This document shows, piece after piece, positions 27,043 through 35,305 of a stretch of DNA of 48,049 bases. The number at the start of each line of letters is the position of its first letter. The first letter of the stretch is position 1. Source of the DNA: a virus (Duplodnaviria; Caudoviricetes). Below the pieces are notes generated by a model, which saw only the letters and a program-made list of their open reading frames with translations, did no database searches and was not told the DNA's origin. Location: positions 1-48,049 of the IMG/VR virus record IMGVR_UViG_3300006127_000021; one strand, 5' to 3'. A program made the position numbers and the translations under genes.

Positions 27043-27140
27043 AAAAAATTAACGGGTTAGGTGTCTTACTTAGATTGTAAAAGGAGTAACTAAAGACGAT
27101 TGAGAATATTATGTACTATATTCTGTCCTAACCCGTTGTT
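27043..27140 (-). ncRNA. Candidate structured ncRNA / 5' leader (three-way junction)
   Basis: -7 box at 27145-27152; 11-bp closing stem 27051-27061/27127-27137; two internal hairpins; U-tract after the stem. Confidence 0.5.
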
Positions 27141-27144
27141 ATGT

Positions 27145-27152
27145 CAAAGATA
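27145..27152 (-). promoter_or_regulatory. Bacteroidota-type -7 box (TATCTTTG)
   Basis: Matches TAnnTTTG, with TTGG about 20 nt upstream. Confidence 0.65.
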
Positions 27153-27479
27153 CGATAAATATTTTATTCTACCAAAAGTTTTACAGACCTTTTTTCGTTA
27201 CCTATGTGTGTAAAAATATCCTCTAAAAAATTTTGCGGTCCGACTGAATGAATGGATAAGGTCTTTATTCAGCTATGATAGGGTTATTGTACTATCCGTT
27301 TTCTTTGTCCACCCTAATAGTGTTAATATGTGGGTGAAAGTGGTAGTATGTGTTTGAATACTATACGGACACCCTTATTATTGTCCTTTTATATATCAAT
27401 ATACGGATATACCTATTGTGATATATATTCCGTATAATTTGATACTATTTAATAAATGATATGTTTTATTAGATAATTT

Positions 27480-27881
27480 CTAATCTTTTGTTATAAACCA
27501 TTCCGTTGGACCCCAATTGCCATCGTATTGTGATTTCTTAGACTCTTTTAATTTGAATAGATAATCATACATTCCATTCACTTCATAATGATAATGTCTT
27601 AATTCGTATTTATTCTTAAAGGGATGTATTAGGACATTTTTATTTTGTATAAACTCATCCTTTACTCTATCCTCTCTATTAGTTATTCGTAATATCCTAT
27701 AACTATCCTTTGCTTCGTATAACTCCCTTAAATCAATTAACTTTACTATCGTATTAGTTAATGAATTAGGCATTGACCTTAACCTTTCCTCTATATATGA
27801 TGAGTGACCTACTTTATATAAGTGATAACCTTTAAATCGTTTATTGAATTTGCTATCCTCTATTATGTATATACCTTTCAT
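27480..27881 (-). CDS. GIY-YIG superfamily (T5orf172-like) protein
   Basis: GIYIIE, YKVGHS..IEERL, terminal TEWF. Confidence 0.6.
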   Translation of the reverse strand: MKGIYIIEDSKFNKRFKGYHLYKVGHSSYIEERLRSMPNSLTNTIVKLIDLRELYEAKDSYRILRITNREDRVKDEFIQNKNVLIHPFKNKYELRHYHYEVNGMYDYLFKLKESKKSQYDGNWGPTEWFITKD

Positions 27882-27882
27882 A

Positions 27883-28005
27883 TTATTTAATTAGGTCTAA
27901 TATTTTATCAGCTATTTCATCTAAATCGGTTTTATCTATTTCCACCGTGTCCACATCATCCCCATACCCATAATCTATTAGTATATTTTTAATTGTTTCT
28001 TTCAT
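27883..28005 (-). CDS. 40-aa hypothetical protein
   Basis: Hand-translated MKETIKNILIDYGYGDDVDTVEIDKTDLDEIADKILDLIK*; fills the gap between genes. Confidence 0.6.
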   Translation of the reverse strand: MKETIKNILIDYGYGDDVDTVEIDKTDLDEIADKILDLIK

Positions 28006-28008
28006 ATA

Positions 28009-28191
28009 CTATTCTTTTATATTTTGTTTATTAAATTCCTCTATTAGACTACCTATCATATCATCTCCTAATGGTATTCCATGTAATTCTTTTGTTTTTA
28101 AATAGTTGTCTAAATACATTGACGTAGTTATCTTTTTATCCCCTTCTATTAGTTCTATTCTTATTTGTGCTCTTTCGTTAGTGTTATTCAT
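28009..28191 (-). CDS. Hypothetical protein
   Basis: 60-aa packed ORF. Confidence 0.65.
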   Translation of the reverse strand: MNNTNERAQIRIELIEGDKKITTSMYLDNYLKTKELHGIPLGDDMIGSLIEEFNKQNIKE

Positions 28192-28197
28192 ATCTTA

Positions 28198-28383
28198 TTA
28201 ATTAAATTTTTGTTTTGTTATGTTATGCTCTTTTATGTTTCTTAGTTTCTTATTTACTCTTTCCTCTCTCTCCTTATACCTTTCGTTTAATTGATTCTCT
28301 AATTCCTCTATTCTCTCTATGTGTTCGTTATGTTTTCTATTTAGTATATAGACTATAACGATTAGTAGTATCATTGTTATCAT
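28198..28383 (-). CDS. Small membrane-anchored protein
   Basis: Hydrophobic N-terminus plus a charged helix. Confidence 0.6.
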   Translation of the reverse strand: MITMILLIVIVYILNRKHNEHIERIEELENQLNERYKEREERVNKKLRNIKEHNITKQKFN

Positions 28384-28424
28384 ATCCCTTTATATTGTTT
28401 TTATTTATATTATCTGAATTACCG

Positions 28425-28760
28425 CTATTGTTTAGTTACTATATCATTTATTAAATCCTCTAATCTTTTTATGAATAAGGCTCTATCTTCTATTAGTTCC
28501 TTTACTATATACATCTTATTCTTATATTCCCTTTGATTATATGCAACATTTTTAGATATACCGACTAAATACCTATCATCTATCTCCTTATCCAGCTCTC
28601 TCCTTAATGATACTATTTCCTTTTTGAATCCATACCTTTGTTCTACGACTATTAGGTATTCAGTAGGGTCCGATACTATCTTATCTACATACCATTCCAT
28701 ACCCGTTTTATCCTTAAAGATATTGTTTAATAATTTGCCTACATTCTTTATTGTTATCAT
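28425..28760 (-). CDS. MLTIKN-family paralog
   Basis: N-terminus MITIKNVGKLL; WYV, LRR. Confidence 0.8.
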   Translation of the reverse strand: MITIKNVGKLLNNIFKDKTGMEWYVDKIVSDPTEYLIVVEQRYGFKKEIVSLRRELDKEIDDRYLVGISKNVAYNQREYKNKMYIVKELIEDRALFIKRLEDLINDIVTKQ

Positions 28761-28763
28761 ATC

Positions 28764-29177
28764 TTATTTATTGTTTTCCGTTTGTTCACTATTAGTATTT
28801 GTTTCCTTATCGGGTATTGACGTATCGTTACCCTCTATATCATACACTATTATTTTATTTTCAAACTTACCCAACTTATCATTCCATATATCACCAACAA
28901 TGTGTATTTGATTTTTCATAATACTCAATGTGTACTTATTATTATTCTCATCCACCCCACTTATAATTCCTTTAAACCCACCGAATAATCTTTTAGTGCT
29001 CCTATTAGTTATCTTAATCGTTATATCCTCATACTCATTTTTTATTATTACCGCTTTACTTCCTATTTTAATACTACCCTCATTTAAAAAGGAACTCCTC
29101 TTTGTTATTGGATATGTTTGTCCTCTAACACTTAATAGGGATAGGACCATTACGATTGTTAATATTATCTTATTCAT
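28764..29177 (-). CDS. Putative exported protein interrupting the paralog array
   Basis: Signal-peptide-like MNKIILTIVMVLSLLSVRGQ. Confidence 0.7.
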   Translation of the reverse strand: MNKIILTIVMVLSLLSVRGQTYPITKRSSFLNEGSIKIGSKAVIIKNEYEDITIKITNRSTKRLFGGFKGIISGVDENNNKYTLSIMKNQIHIVGDIWNDKLGKFENKIIVYDIEGNDTSIPDKETNTNSEQTENNK

Positions 29178-29181
29178 TTTT

Positions 29182-29496
29182 TTATATTTGTTCTAATTGT
29201 TTTCTTAATACCACTATGAAATCCATCGGTCGTATCATATGCCCCTTATATAATCCCCAATTCATTATTGATGCATAACTCGATACCATTGAATAATACT
29301 GACCATTTTGTTTATTACGACCCAAATCAAAATATATAAAGTTAGGATATACTTTGTTATCCACATATCCATCTACAAATACTACCTTTATTGTATAGTG
29401 TGAATTGCCCATAGTGACATCCTCTACGGACCATTTTGCACTCTTTGTATCTATTTCCGTTCCCACTATCTTATCTATATTGTGTATTGTTAGCAT
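29182..29496 (-). CDS. MLTIKN-family paralog
   Basis: MLTIHNIDKIV. Confidence 0.8.
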   Translation of the reverse strand: MLTIHNIDKIVGTEIDTKSAKWSVEDVTMGNSHYTIKVVFVDGYVDNKVYPNFIYFDLGRNKQNGQYYSMVSSYASIMNWGLYKGHMIRPMDFIVVLRKQLEQI

Positions 29497-29497
29497 A

Positions 29498-29791
29498 TTA
29501 TAATGTATTTAGATAGTTTTCTAATGTGTGTAAAAATACTCTTTGATTTTCCATATCTTCGATAGATAATCCTATTCCAACCCAACCATTACCAACCTTT
29601 CTTAATTTATATGTGTTACCCCCTTCCTCTCTATCCAAAACTAATGTAATTGGTGCAAATGTAGTGGCATAACCAATAAGACCAATAATATATTTTGATG
29701 TCGTTTTAATAACTTTCTCTATCTTAAACGACTTACCTTTTATGACTATCCACTTATCTATTATCTTATCTATGTTTTCTATTGTTAGCAT
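29498..29791 (-). CDS. MLTIKN-family paralog
   Basis: MLTIENIDKII. Confidence 0.8.
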   Translation of the reverse strand: MLTIENIDKIIDKWIVIKGKSFKIEKVIKTTSKYIIGLIGYATTFAPITLVLDREEGGNTYKLRKVGNGWVGIGLSIEDMENQRVFLHTLENYLNTL

Positions 29792-29802
29792 ATCTTATTT
29801 GT

Positions 29803-30114
29803 TTATGGTCTTATCAATTCCGCTATAGCCTTTATAAACTTTGTTTTATCCTCGATTAACTTTGCACCCATTCTTATACTCTTTGTTGTACTCTCATTAA
29901 GTAGTGTATAATAATCATATGGATAACCACCGGCATTAGTGTATTTAGTTCTTAATAAGGTCAATACCTTTTTACCATAGTTTGCACTTGAAAGTAGTAT
30001 TATATCGTAGTGAGTATAATGCTCCGTTATACCATCTATCCAATACTCATCATCACTATATGGTACTACTATCCTTTCATGTTGTATTTTCTCTGGATTA
30101 GTTATCTTTAGCAT
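29803..30114 (-). CDS. MLTIKN-family paralog
   Basis: MLKITNPEKIQ. Confidence 0.8.
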   Translation of the reverse strand: MLKITNPEKIQHERIVVPYSDDEYWIDGITEHYTHYDIILLSSANYGKKVLTLLRTKYTNAGGYPYDYYTLLNESTTKSIRMGAKLIEDKTKFIKAIAELIRP

Positions 30115-30115
30115 A

Positions 30116-30424
30116 TTATTCTTTTAACATATCATCAATTAAGTTTCCTATAAAGTACGGAGATATTTGATGCCTACTTAACCATCTATTTACTTTACTA
30201 TGGGCGAAATCCTTATACAATCTATAAACAGGTTCGTTTCTACCACCTACATATTGGCTCTCTCTATTCAAATAGAATATATTTTGTAAGTTGCCATTTA
30301 TAGAAACAAAAAATGCATATACATCGTTGTAAACATCTATCCTTTCATCTGTCCCACTTATACGCCAATTGTTAACCGATGAGCCTACGTTTATTATCTT
30401 ATCTAAATTGTGTATTGTTATCAT
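30116..30424 (-). CDS. MLTIKN-family paralog
   Basis: MITIHNLDKII. Confidence 0.8.
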   Translation of the reverse strand: MITIHNLDKIINVGSSVNNWRISGTDERIDVYNDVYAFFVSINGNLQNIFYLNRESQYVGGRNEPVYRLYKDFAHSKVNRWLSRHQISPYFIGNLIDDMLKE

Positions 30425-30431
30425 ACCTTAT

Positions 30432-30755
30432 TTATTTCATTTGTTCTAATATTCTTTGTACCGCATTTATAACCCATTTCATATTCCCTATTGTAAGTGC
30501 CGATAGTAGTAATCGGTTTTGTGGGTCTACATTCCAATACATATCATAGTATGTATACCTATTTGTATGTTTGGTATTTGTATTCCTTGTTCGGTTTAAC
30601 AATATCAATTCATCACTAACACTTTTATCATGATAACATCTCAAATGTATTTTGTAGTGTGTTTCATATAGATATACCCCATCTATTGTGTATGTTATAT
30701 TATTCACCACCACTTCACTACCAAGTATTTTGTTTCTATTTTTTATTGTAAGCAT
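30432..30755 (-). CDS. MLTIKN-family paralog
   Basis: MLTIKNRNKIL; start reset to ATG 30755. Confidence 0.8.
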   Translation of the reverse strand: MLTIKNRNKILGSEVVVNNITYTIDGVYLYETHYKIHLRCYHDKSVSDELILLNRTRNTNTKHTNRYTYYDMYWNVDPQNRLLLSALTIGNMKWVINAVQRILEQMK

Positions 30756-30765
30756 TATATATACA

Positions 30766-30822
30766 TTTTCTACTATCAAAAAAATTTAGGGTAACGACGT
30801 TTTTACCCCCAGCCCCGCCCCG
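30766..30822 (-). repeat. G-rich intergenic element, copy A
   Basis: Plus strand TTTTCTACTATCAAAAAA, AAAATTT-N7-CGAC and C-tracts; related to 34025-34078. Confidence 0.75.
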
Positions 30823-31143
30823 CTATTTTATTGCATTAAAGTAGTGTGTTAATTCTTTTAATGAATGTAATATATTATCAACTGAACATATATCAATTGT
30901 AGTTAATTTATTCCAATCCACATCTTTATTTTCACACATTGTTATTACATTATATGCCATTGATCCATTATCTTTATTTCTTTGTATATCAAATGTTAAT
31001 GATTTATCATTATCAGCAATTATCGCAATTGAATAATGGTCCATATATTCATTTACACTAAATACCATCCATCTTTCAACAGGATTTAATTTTGTTGAAA
31101 AACGTTTACCAATAAGTTTAGTTATATTGTGTATTGTTAGCAT
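30823..31143 (-). CDS. MLTIKN-family paralog
   Basis: MLTIHNITKLI. Confidence 0.8.
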   Translation of the reverse strand: MLTIHNITKLIGKRFSTKLNPVERWMVFSVNEYMDHYSIAIIADNDKSLTFDIQRNKDNGSMAYNVITMCENKDVDWNKLTTIDICSVDNILHSLKELTHYFNAIK

Positions 31144-31469
31144 ACTATATCAATTAATTCCATTATTGATTTCAATTCATCTAACATACCCTCTGACGTT
31201 TTCATATTCTTTAATCGTATATTATCCCTATCTATTATTTTACCCCTTTGTATAATTTTAACTGAATACATACCTAATTCATTTTTTTCTCTTAATATTC
31301 TTATCGTCCGTTTTATTGTATCAAATATACCCTGCTTTCTCAATACTATAATATCATACACATCCAGCTTTTCATCCACATTGTCCACTATCCAATGTTC
31401 GTTTGTTCCGTTTTTTGATACTACAATATCTTCTGCTATTAATTTATATTGGTTTTTTATTGTTAGCAT
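31137..31469 (-). CDS. MLTIKN-family paralog
   Basis: MLTIKNQYKLI. Confidence 0.8.
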   Translation of the reverse strand: MLTIKNQYKLIAEDIVVSKNGTNEHWIVDNVDEKLDVYDIIVLRKQGIFDTIKRTIRILREKNELGMYSVKIIQRGKIIDRDNIRLKNMKTSEGMLDELKSIMELIDIVC

Positions 31470-31790
31470 TTATATTCGGTTTAATATGTTCTCAATTTTA
31501 TCTCTAAATTTCTCCGGTGTACTTAAACTTTCTTTTGTATAATGATATGATTGGCCTTCAACTTCAATTCTATAAAAACAACAATCCTTATTTTCAAGGG
31601 GATTAAAAACTATGGTTGCCGTTTTATGTAAGGTTATATTTTTTCTTACTAAATGTGGTGGCGCTACCTCTCTTATTGAGAAATGTGTAACTTCACTTGT
31701 AGTATTATCCCAACCTTTGAAATAATATCCTTTGCCTTTTACATTTAGTGAATACCCATTAATTTTATGTATGTTTTTAAGTATTAGCAT
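31470..31790 (-). CDS. MLTIKN-family paralog
   Basis: MLILKNIHKIN. Confidence 0.78.
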   Translation of the reverse strand: MLILKNIHKINGYSLNVKGKGYYFKGWDNTTSEVTHFSIREVAPPHLVRKNITLHKTATIVFNPLENKDCCFYRIEVEGQSYHYTKESLSTPEKFRDKIENILNRI

Positions 31791-31791
31791 A

Positions 31792-32103
31792 CTATTTATA
31801 AAACTTATTCATTATCAATTGTAATTCACATATCATAGCAGTTTTAGTTTCTATCATATGTGCAAATATTATATTCCAATCTACATTGTTATTATGCCAA
31901 TCCAGTGTTACCATACCATACCCAGCGTTATTTCCTTTGTCTCTATCCAACTTAAATGTAAAGTGCTCAAAGGTACGATTACCACACTCCACGGTTATAT
32001 AATACTCATTATATGATTCTTTTATATTTGTTATCCGCCACTCCTTACCATTAGATATGAAACCATGTCCTAATAGTTTTTCTTTATTGTATATTGTTAG
32101 CAT
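31792..32103 (-). CDS. MLTIKN-family paralog
   Basis: MLTIYNKEKLL. Confidence 0.8.
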   Translation of the reverse strand: MLTIYNKEKLLGHGFISNGKEWRITNIKESYNEYYITVECGNRTFEHFTFKLDRDKGNNAGYGMVTLDWHNNNVDWNIIFAHMIETKTAMICELQLIMNKFYK

Positions 32104-32417
32104 TATAAACTTTTTATATTGTATAAAAATAATTGTAACTCATGTAAGAAATCAGTCTTTGTATGTAAATTAGCATAATTAACTTCCCATATATTCCCAT
32201 TACCGATTGCCTTAAAAGTATATTTATCTATTGTCTTATTCTTTATTCGATTCAATATTACTCTCTCTATCACTCTACTACCCTTTCCGTTATGGGCTTC
32301 CAAATGAATAATATAACAATCTTTCAATGTGTTTATTTCCGCTACTACATACAACAACCCATTAATCGATTGTATTGAATATCCGGTTAACTTCTCTATA
32401 TTATTTATACTTAGCAT
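32103..32417 (-). CDS. MLTIKN-family paralog
   Basis: MLSINNIEKLT. Confidence 0.8.
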   Translation of the reverse strand: MLSINNIEKLTGYSIQSINGLLYVVAEINTLKDCYIIHLEAHNGKGSRVIERVILNRIKNKTIDKYTFKAIGNGNIWEVNYANLHTKTDFLHELQLFLYNIKSL

Positions 32418-32716
32418 ACTTCTCTTAATTTAAGAATGAATGTATCCATATCTTTTATCTCATCTAATTTTAGATGAGTTGCTTTATTGTGAGATTTCAA
32501 CAAATAATAATAACCCGCTTCCCATTTTTCTGGATCTCTATGTAACATTATTGTTTTTGTATATGTTCTATTTGTTATATCAATTTGGTATCGTCGGTCA
32601 TGAATATTAAAACCTTTTGGGTCTAAATCAAAAATCTCACGTATACTATCAACATAATAGAAACTATTTCCTAATGTTTTGTTTTTTAATCGTTGTATGT
32701 TTTCTATCGTTAGCAT
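32411..32716 (-). CDS. MLTIKN-family paralog
   Basis: MLTIENIQRLK. Confidence 0.8.
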   Translation of the reverse strand: MLTIENIQRLKNKTLGNSFYYVDSIREIFDLDPKGFNIHDRRYQIDITNRTYTKTIMLHRDPEKWEAGYYYLLKSHNKATHLKLDEIKDMDTFILKLREVC

Positions 32717-32717
32717 A

Positions 32718-33041
32718 TTATTTCATTACCATTATTAATTCAATTGCTTTAAGAAAGGTTTGTTTATCTTTCATTTGTTCTGCCGTTACTAACATACTAT
32801 TATTTGGGTTATCCTCGTCCCAAAGTATATAACCCTCACCTGTCTTAAACCTATTCAATACTATTCTCACATCACTATGTAATTTGTTTATATGTCTCAA
32901 ATGAAAATAGTATAATTCATTTCCCTCTTGCAACCATCTCCATGTGTTAAGTATATAATAAGTTCCTCTCCTATCTGGCCTTACTATATTTAATACAATT
33001 CTTTGATTGATTATTTTATCTATGTTTTCTATTCTTAGCAT
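32718..33041 (-). CDS. MLTIKN-family paralog
   Basis: MLRIENIDKII. Confidence 0.8.
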   Translation of the reverse strand: MLRIENIDKIINQRIVLNIVRPDRRGTYYILNTWRWLQEGNELYYFHLRHINKLHSDVRIVLNRFKTGEGYILWDEDNPNNSMLVTAEQMKDKQTFLKAIELIMVMK

Positions 33042-33364
33042 TGTTGCATTCTTAATATATCATGTATAATTCCATTCATATCGGTTACTACCCAGTTCCA
33101 ATTCGTTATTAGTTCCTTATCTATATACCTAGTCGGCGTTGTTCGGTATTTAGTATCATCTGCCACACCCCACATACCATACTTACCCTCAGGATTAGGC
33201 TCTCTGGCTATATTAATTTCACATAGTTTAACACAATACTTATCTCTTATAAAAAATACATAAACCAATTCCTTTTCTAATGCATTATACATACTACAAC
33301 CCTCAAAGAAATAATAATTCTTTCCCATTGGGTTATCATAATAGTAATTCTTTATTTTTAGCAT
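33035..33364 (-). CDS. MLTIKN-family paralog (divergent)
   Basis: MLKIKNYY; IAREPN..GKY. Confidence 0.75.
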   Translation of the reverse strand: MLKIKNYYYDNPMGKNYYFFEGCSMYNALEKELVYVFFIRDKYCVKLCEINIAREPNPEGKYGMWGVADDTKYRTTPTRYIDKELITNWNWVVTDMNGIIHDILRMQQC

Positions 33365-33370
33365 TGTATT

Positions 33371-33715
33371 CTATTTTATCGTTTCTAACATATGTTGCAT
33401 AAACAATAGCAGGCCTTCTCTACTTAATAATTCTCTATTAATTGTAACCACATCTGTATTCCAACTATTTGTCAACTCATAGTATTCACCTCTGCTTTCA
33501 AAATGATAATAGGTTTGAACAGGTTGTTTTTCACCTTTGATTTCCCTATTCAAAAATATGTAAACCATTTGGTTATTAAAGAATGAATGTATACTGAATT
33601 GGTAATAATTACCATCTAATAGGTCTACCGGATGTACCGCATCTATTGTCCACGTCTCACCACCTATTTGTATTGTCTTATGTCTTATTCTAAATATGTT
33701 TTGTATGTTTAGCAT
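33371..33715 (-). CDS. MLTIKN-family paralog
   Basis: MLNIQNIFRIR. Confidence 0.78.
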   Translation of the reverse strand: MLNIQNIFRIRHKTIQIGGETWTIDAVHPVDLLDGNYYQFSIHSFFNNQMVYIFLNREIKGEKQPVQTYYHFESRGEYYELTNSWNTDVVTINRELLSREGLLLFMQHMLETIK

Positions 33716-34014
33716 AATCTACGAATTTCTTTTTGTATTAATGATAAGAATTTATACAGAGTCTTTATATCCGTTGTGTGTATCCGTCTCTTTGTACTAC
33801 TTTTGTTACTATGTAATTCATATTCCCCATCACCAACACTGTCTCTCATTAAGTAGAATACTATATATTCACCTGCTGTATCAGGTTGTTTTCGTATCAC
33901 TATTCCGTAGTAATCTAACTCATTATTAATATTGATTTTAGTTACCATCCAATTACTACCATTGTATGCAACCATTTCATTTTGTAACTTATCTATATTA
34001 GTTATTGTAAGCAT
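33709..34014 (-). CDS. MLTIKN-family paralog
   Basis: MLTITNIDKLQ; start reset to ATG 34014. Confidence 0.8.
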   Translation of the reverse strand: MLTITNIDKLQNEMVAYNGSNWMVTKININNELDYYGIVIRKQPDTAGEYIVFYLMRDSVGDGEYELHSNKSSTKRRIHTTDIKTLYKFLSLIQKEIRRLC

Positions 34015-34024
34015 TGTATATATG

Positions 34025-34078
34025 TTTTCTACTATCAAAAAATTTTCCTAATCGACACCGAGTCCCCCCAGCCCCCGC
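34025..34078 (-). repeat. G-rich intergenic element, copy B
   Basis: Shares 18 identical nt, AAAATTT-N7-CGAC and CCCCCAGCCCC with copy A. Confidence 0.75.
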
Positions 34079-34080
34079 TG

Positions 34081-34392
34081 CTATTTATTCCAATGACTAT
34101 TCAACAATTCTACCATCCATTCTAAAAACTTTTCTTTATCCGATAACCCACTAGCATTTAGCATAACATATGTTCCACTAAATCCATTGATTGATAACTG
34201 ATAATGGTCATTATATAAAACTGGGTTTGTTCTAGCTAACTTCAATTGAACAAAGTTATTATGATTATCAAAATTTCTCAATGTAAATCCATATACATGA
34301 TCCTTTTGTATTATATTGTATATTTCAAAAATACCACATGTTGTTTCTATATGTCTACCGGCTATCTTATCTATGTTTTTTATTACTAGCAT
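34081..34392 (-). CDS. MLTIKN-family paralog
   Basis: MLVIKNIDKIA. Confidence 0.8.
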   Translation of the reverse strand: MLVIKNIDKIAGRHIETTCGIFEIYNIIQKDHVYGFTLRNFDNHNNFVQLKLARTNPVLYNDHYQLSINGFSGTYVMLNASGLSDKEKFLEWMVELLNSHWNK

Positions 34393-34396
34393 ATTC

Positions 34397-34660
34397 TTAT
34401 ATAGTTTGCATACAAATTATAATCTTATCGATTGTGTCAAATTCATCTTTATTTAACCATAGTGTGTGACTATTATATTCCAGTATATAATTGCCATTCT
34501 CTGTTCGTTTTCTATGTAATAAGAAAGTTTCTATTTGGCTCATTTCTTTATTAGCTAATGTAAACTCATAATGATTATTATGTTCTTTTACACTAATTAC
34601 TTTTAACCAATCACTATATTCCTCACCTATTAACCTTTGTGGATTTTTAATTGTTAGCAT
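34397..34660 (-). CDS. MLTIKN-family paralog
   Basis: MLTIKNPQRLI. Confidence 0.8.
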   Translation of the reverse strand: MLTIKNPQRLIGEEYSDWLKVISVKEHNNHYEFTLANKEMSQIETFLLHRKRTENGNYILEYNSHTLWLNKDEFDTIDKIIICMQTI

Positions 34661-34661
34661 A

Positions 34662-34883
34662 TTATAATGTGTCTTTATATCGTGTAATCATATCATCCAT
34701 TGCTATTGCCGCACCCAAATCAAAGTGTAGTGACAGATAACCAAATAGGAAACCTAAACTAATAACGACGGTTGATTGGAACAATGGTTTACCATCATTA
34801 TCTTTCAACATCTTACCGTGTCTTTCTACTACTATTCCCACCAACGATTTGTATTTACTTAATAAACTAAATTCTAATGTCAT
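34662..34883 (-). CDS. Hypothetical protein
   Basis: 73-aa packed ORF. Confidence 0.65.
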   Translation of the reverse strand: MTLEFSLLSKYKSLVGIVVERHGKMLKDNDGKPLFQSTVVISLGFLFGYLSLHFDLGAAIAMDDMITRYKDTL

Positions 34884-34887
34884 TGTT

Positions 34888-35127
34888 TTATCTTTTTAAA
34901 TACCATTTACAAAATAAAAATACTGCTCGCATAATACCTGCTATTAATAACATTGGTACTACTGCAAACCATGTTAATGCAAATGCAGTATATGCTGTCT
35001 CATTACTACTCCAATCATCCCACGATGTATTATTTGTATAATCAAATCCTATCTTAACTCCAAAGTATTTGAAAAATGTTAGTGTTAAAAAAAATCCTAT
35101 TAAGTATATTACTATTCCTGTTATCAT
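34888..35127 (-). CDS. Small two-helix membrane protein
   Basis: Two hydrophobic stretches. Confidence 0.7.
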   Translation of the reverse strand: MITGIVIYLIGFFLTLTFFKYFGVKIGFDYTNNTSWDDWSSNETAYTAFALTWFAVVPMLLIAGIMRAVFLFCKWYLKR

Positions 35128-35128
35128 A

Positions 35129-35305
35129 TTAATTGTTTATTTTGTAATCTATAAATGCAGTAATTCCTATTAAAATACAAACCAATGATACAATTGCCCA
35201 ATCTGCAGTTATATTATTGCATATTGCAAATAAAGAAACTCCAAGTGTTAATCCACCTAATATAATTAATGCTGCCCGTCCGATTGATTTTAATACTTTA
35301 ATCAT
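35129..35305 (-). CDS. 58-aa two-helix membrane protein
   Basis: Hand-translated MIKVLKSIGRAALIILGGLTLGVSLFAICNNITADWAIVSLVCILIGITAFIDYKINN*. Confidence 0.65.
   Translation of the reverse strand: MIKVLKSIGRAALIILGGLTLGVSLFAICNNITADWAIVSLVCILIGITAFIDYKINN

Noticed and set aside
27043-27140. tRNA gene
   Set aside because: Only two internal arms, no TTC-loop consensus and no 7-bp acceptor geometry. I recognised no tRNA or rRNA anywhere in the window.
22000-27900. Apparent shift in base and dinucleotide composition suggesting a foreign island or replication switch
   Set aside because: An impression only; it cannot be quantified without a sliding-window skew or k-mer computation.
30756-34038. 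Shared MIVEN(V/I)Y N-terminal extension on two array proteins
   Set aside because: It comes from a TTG inside the repeated intergenic element; the family ATG lies 8 codons downstream.
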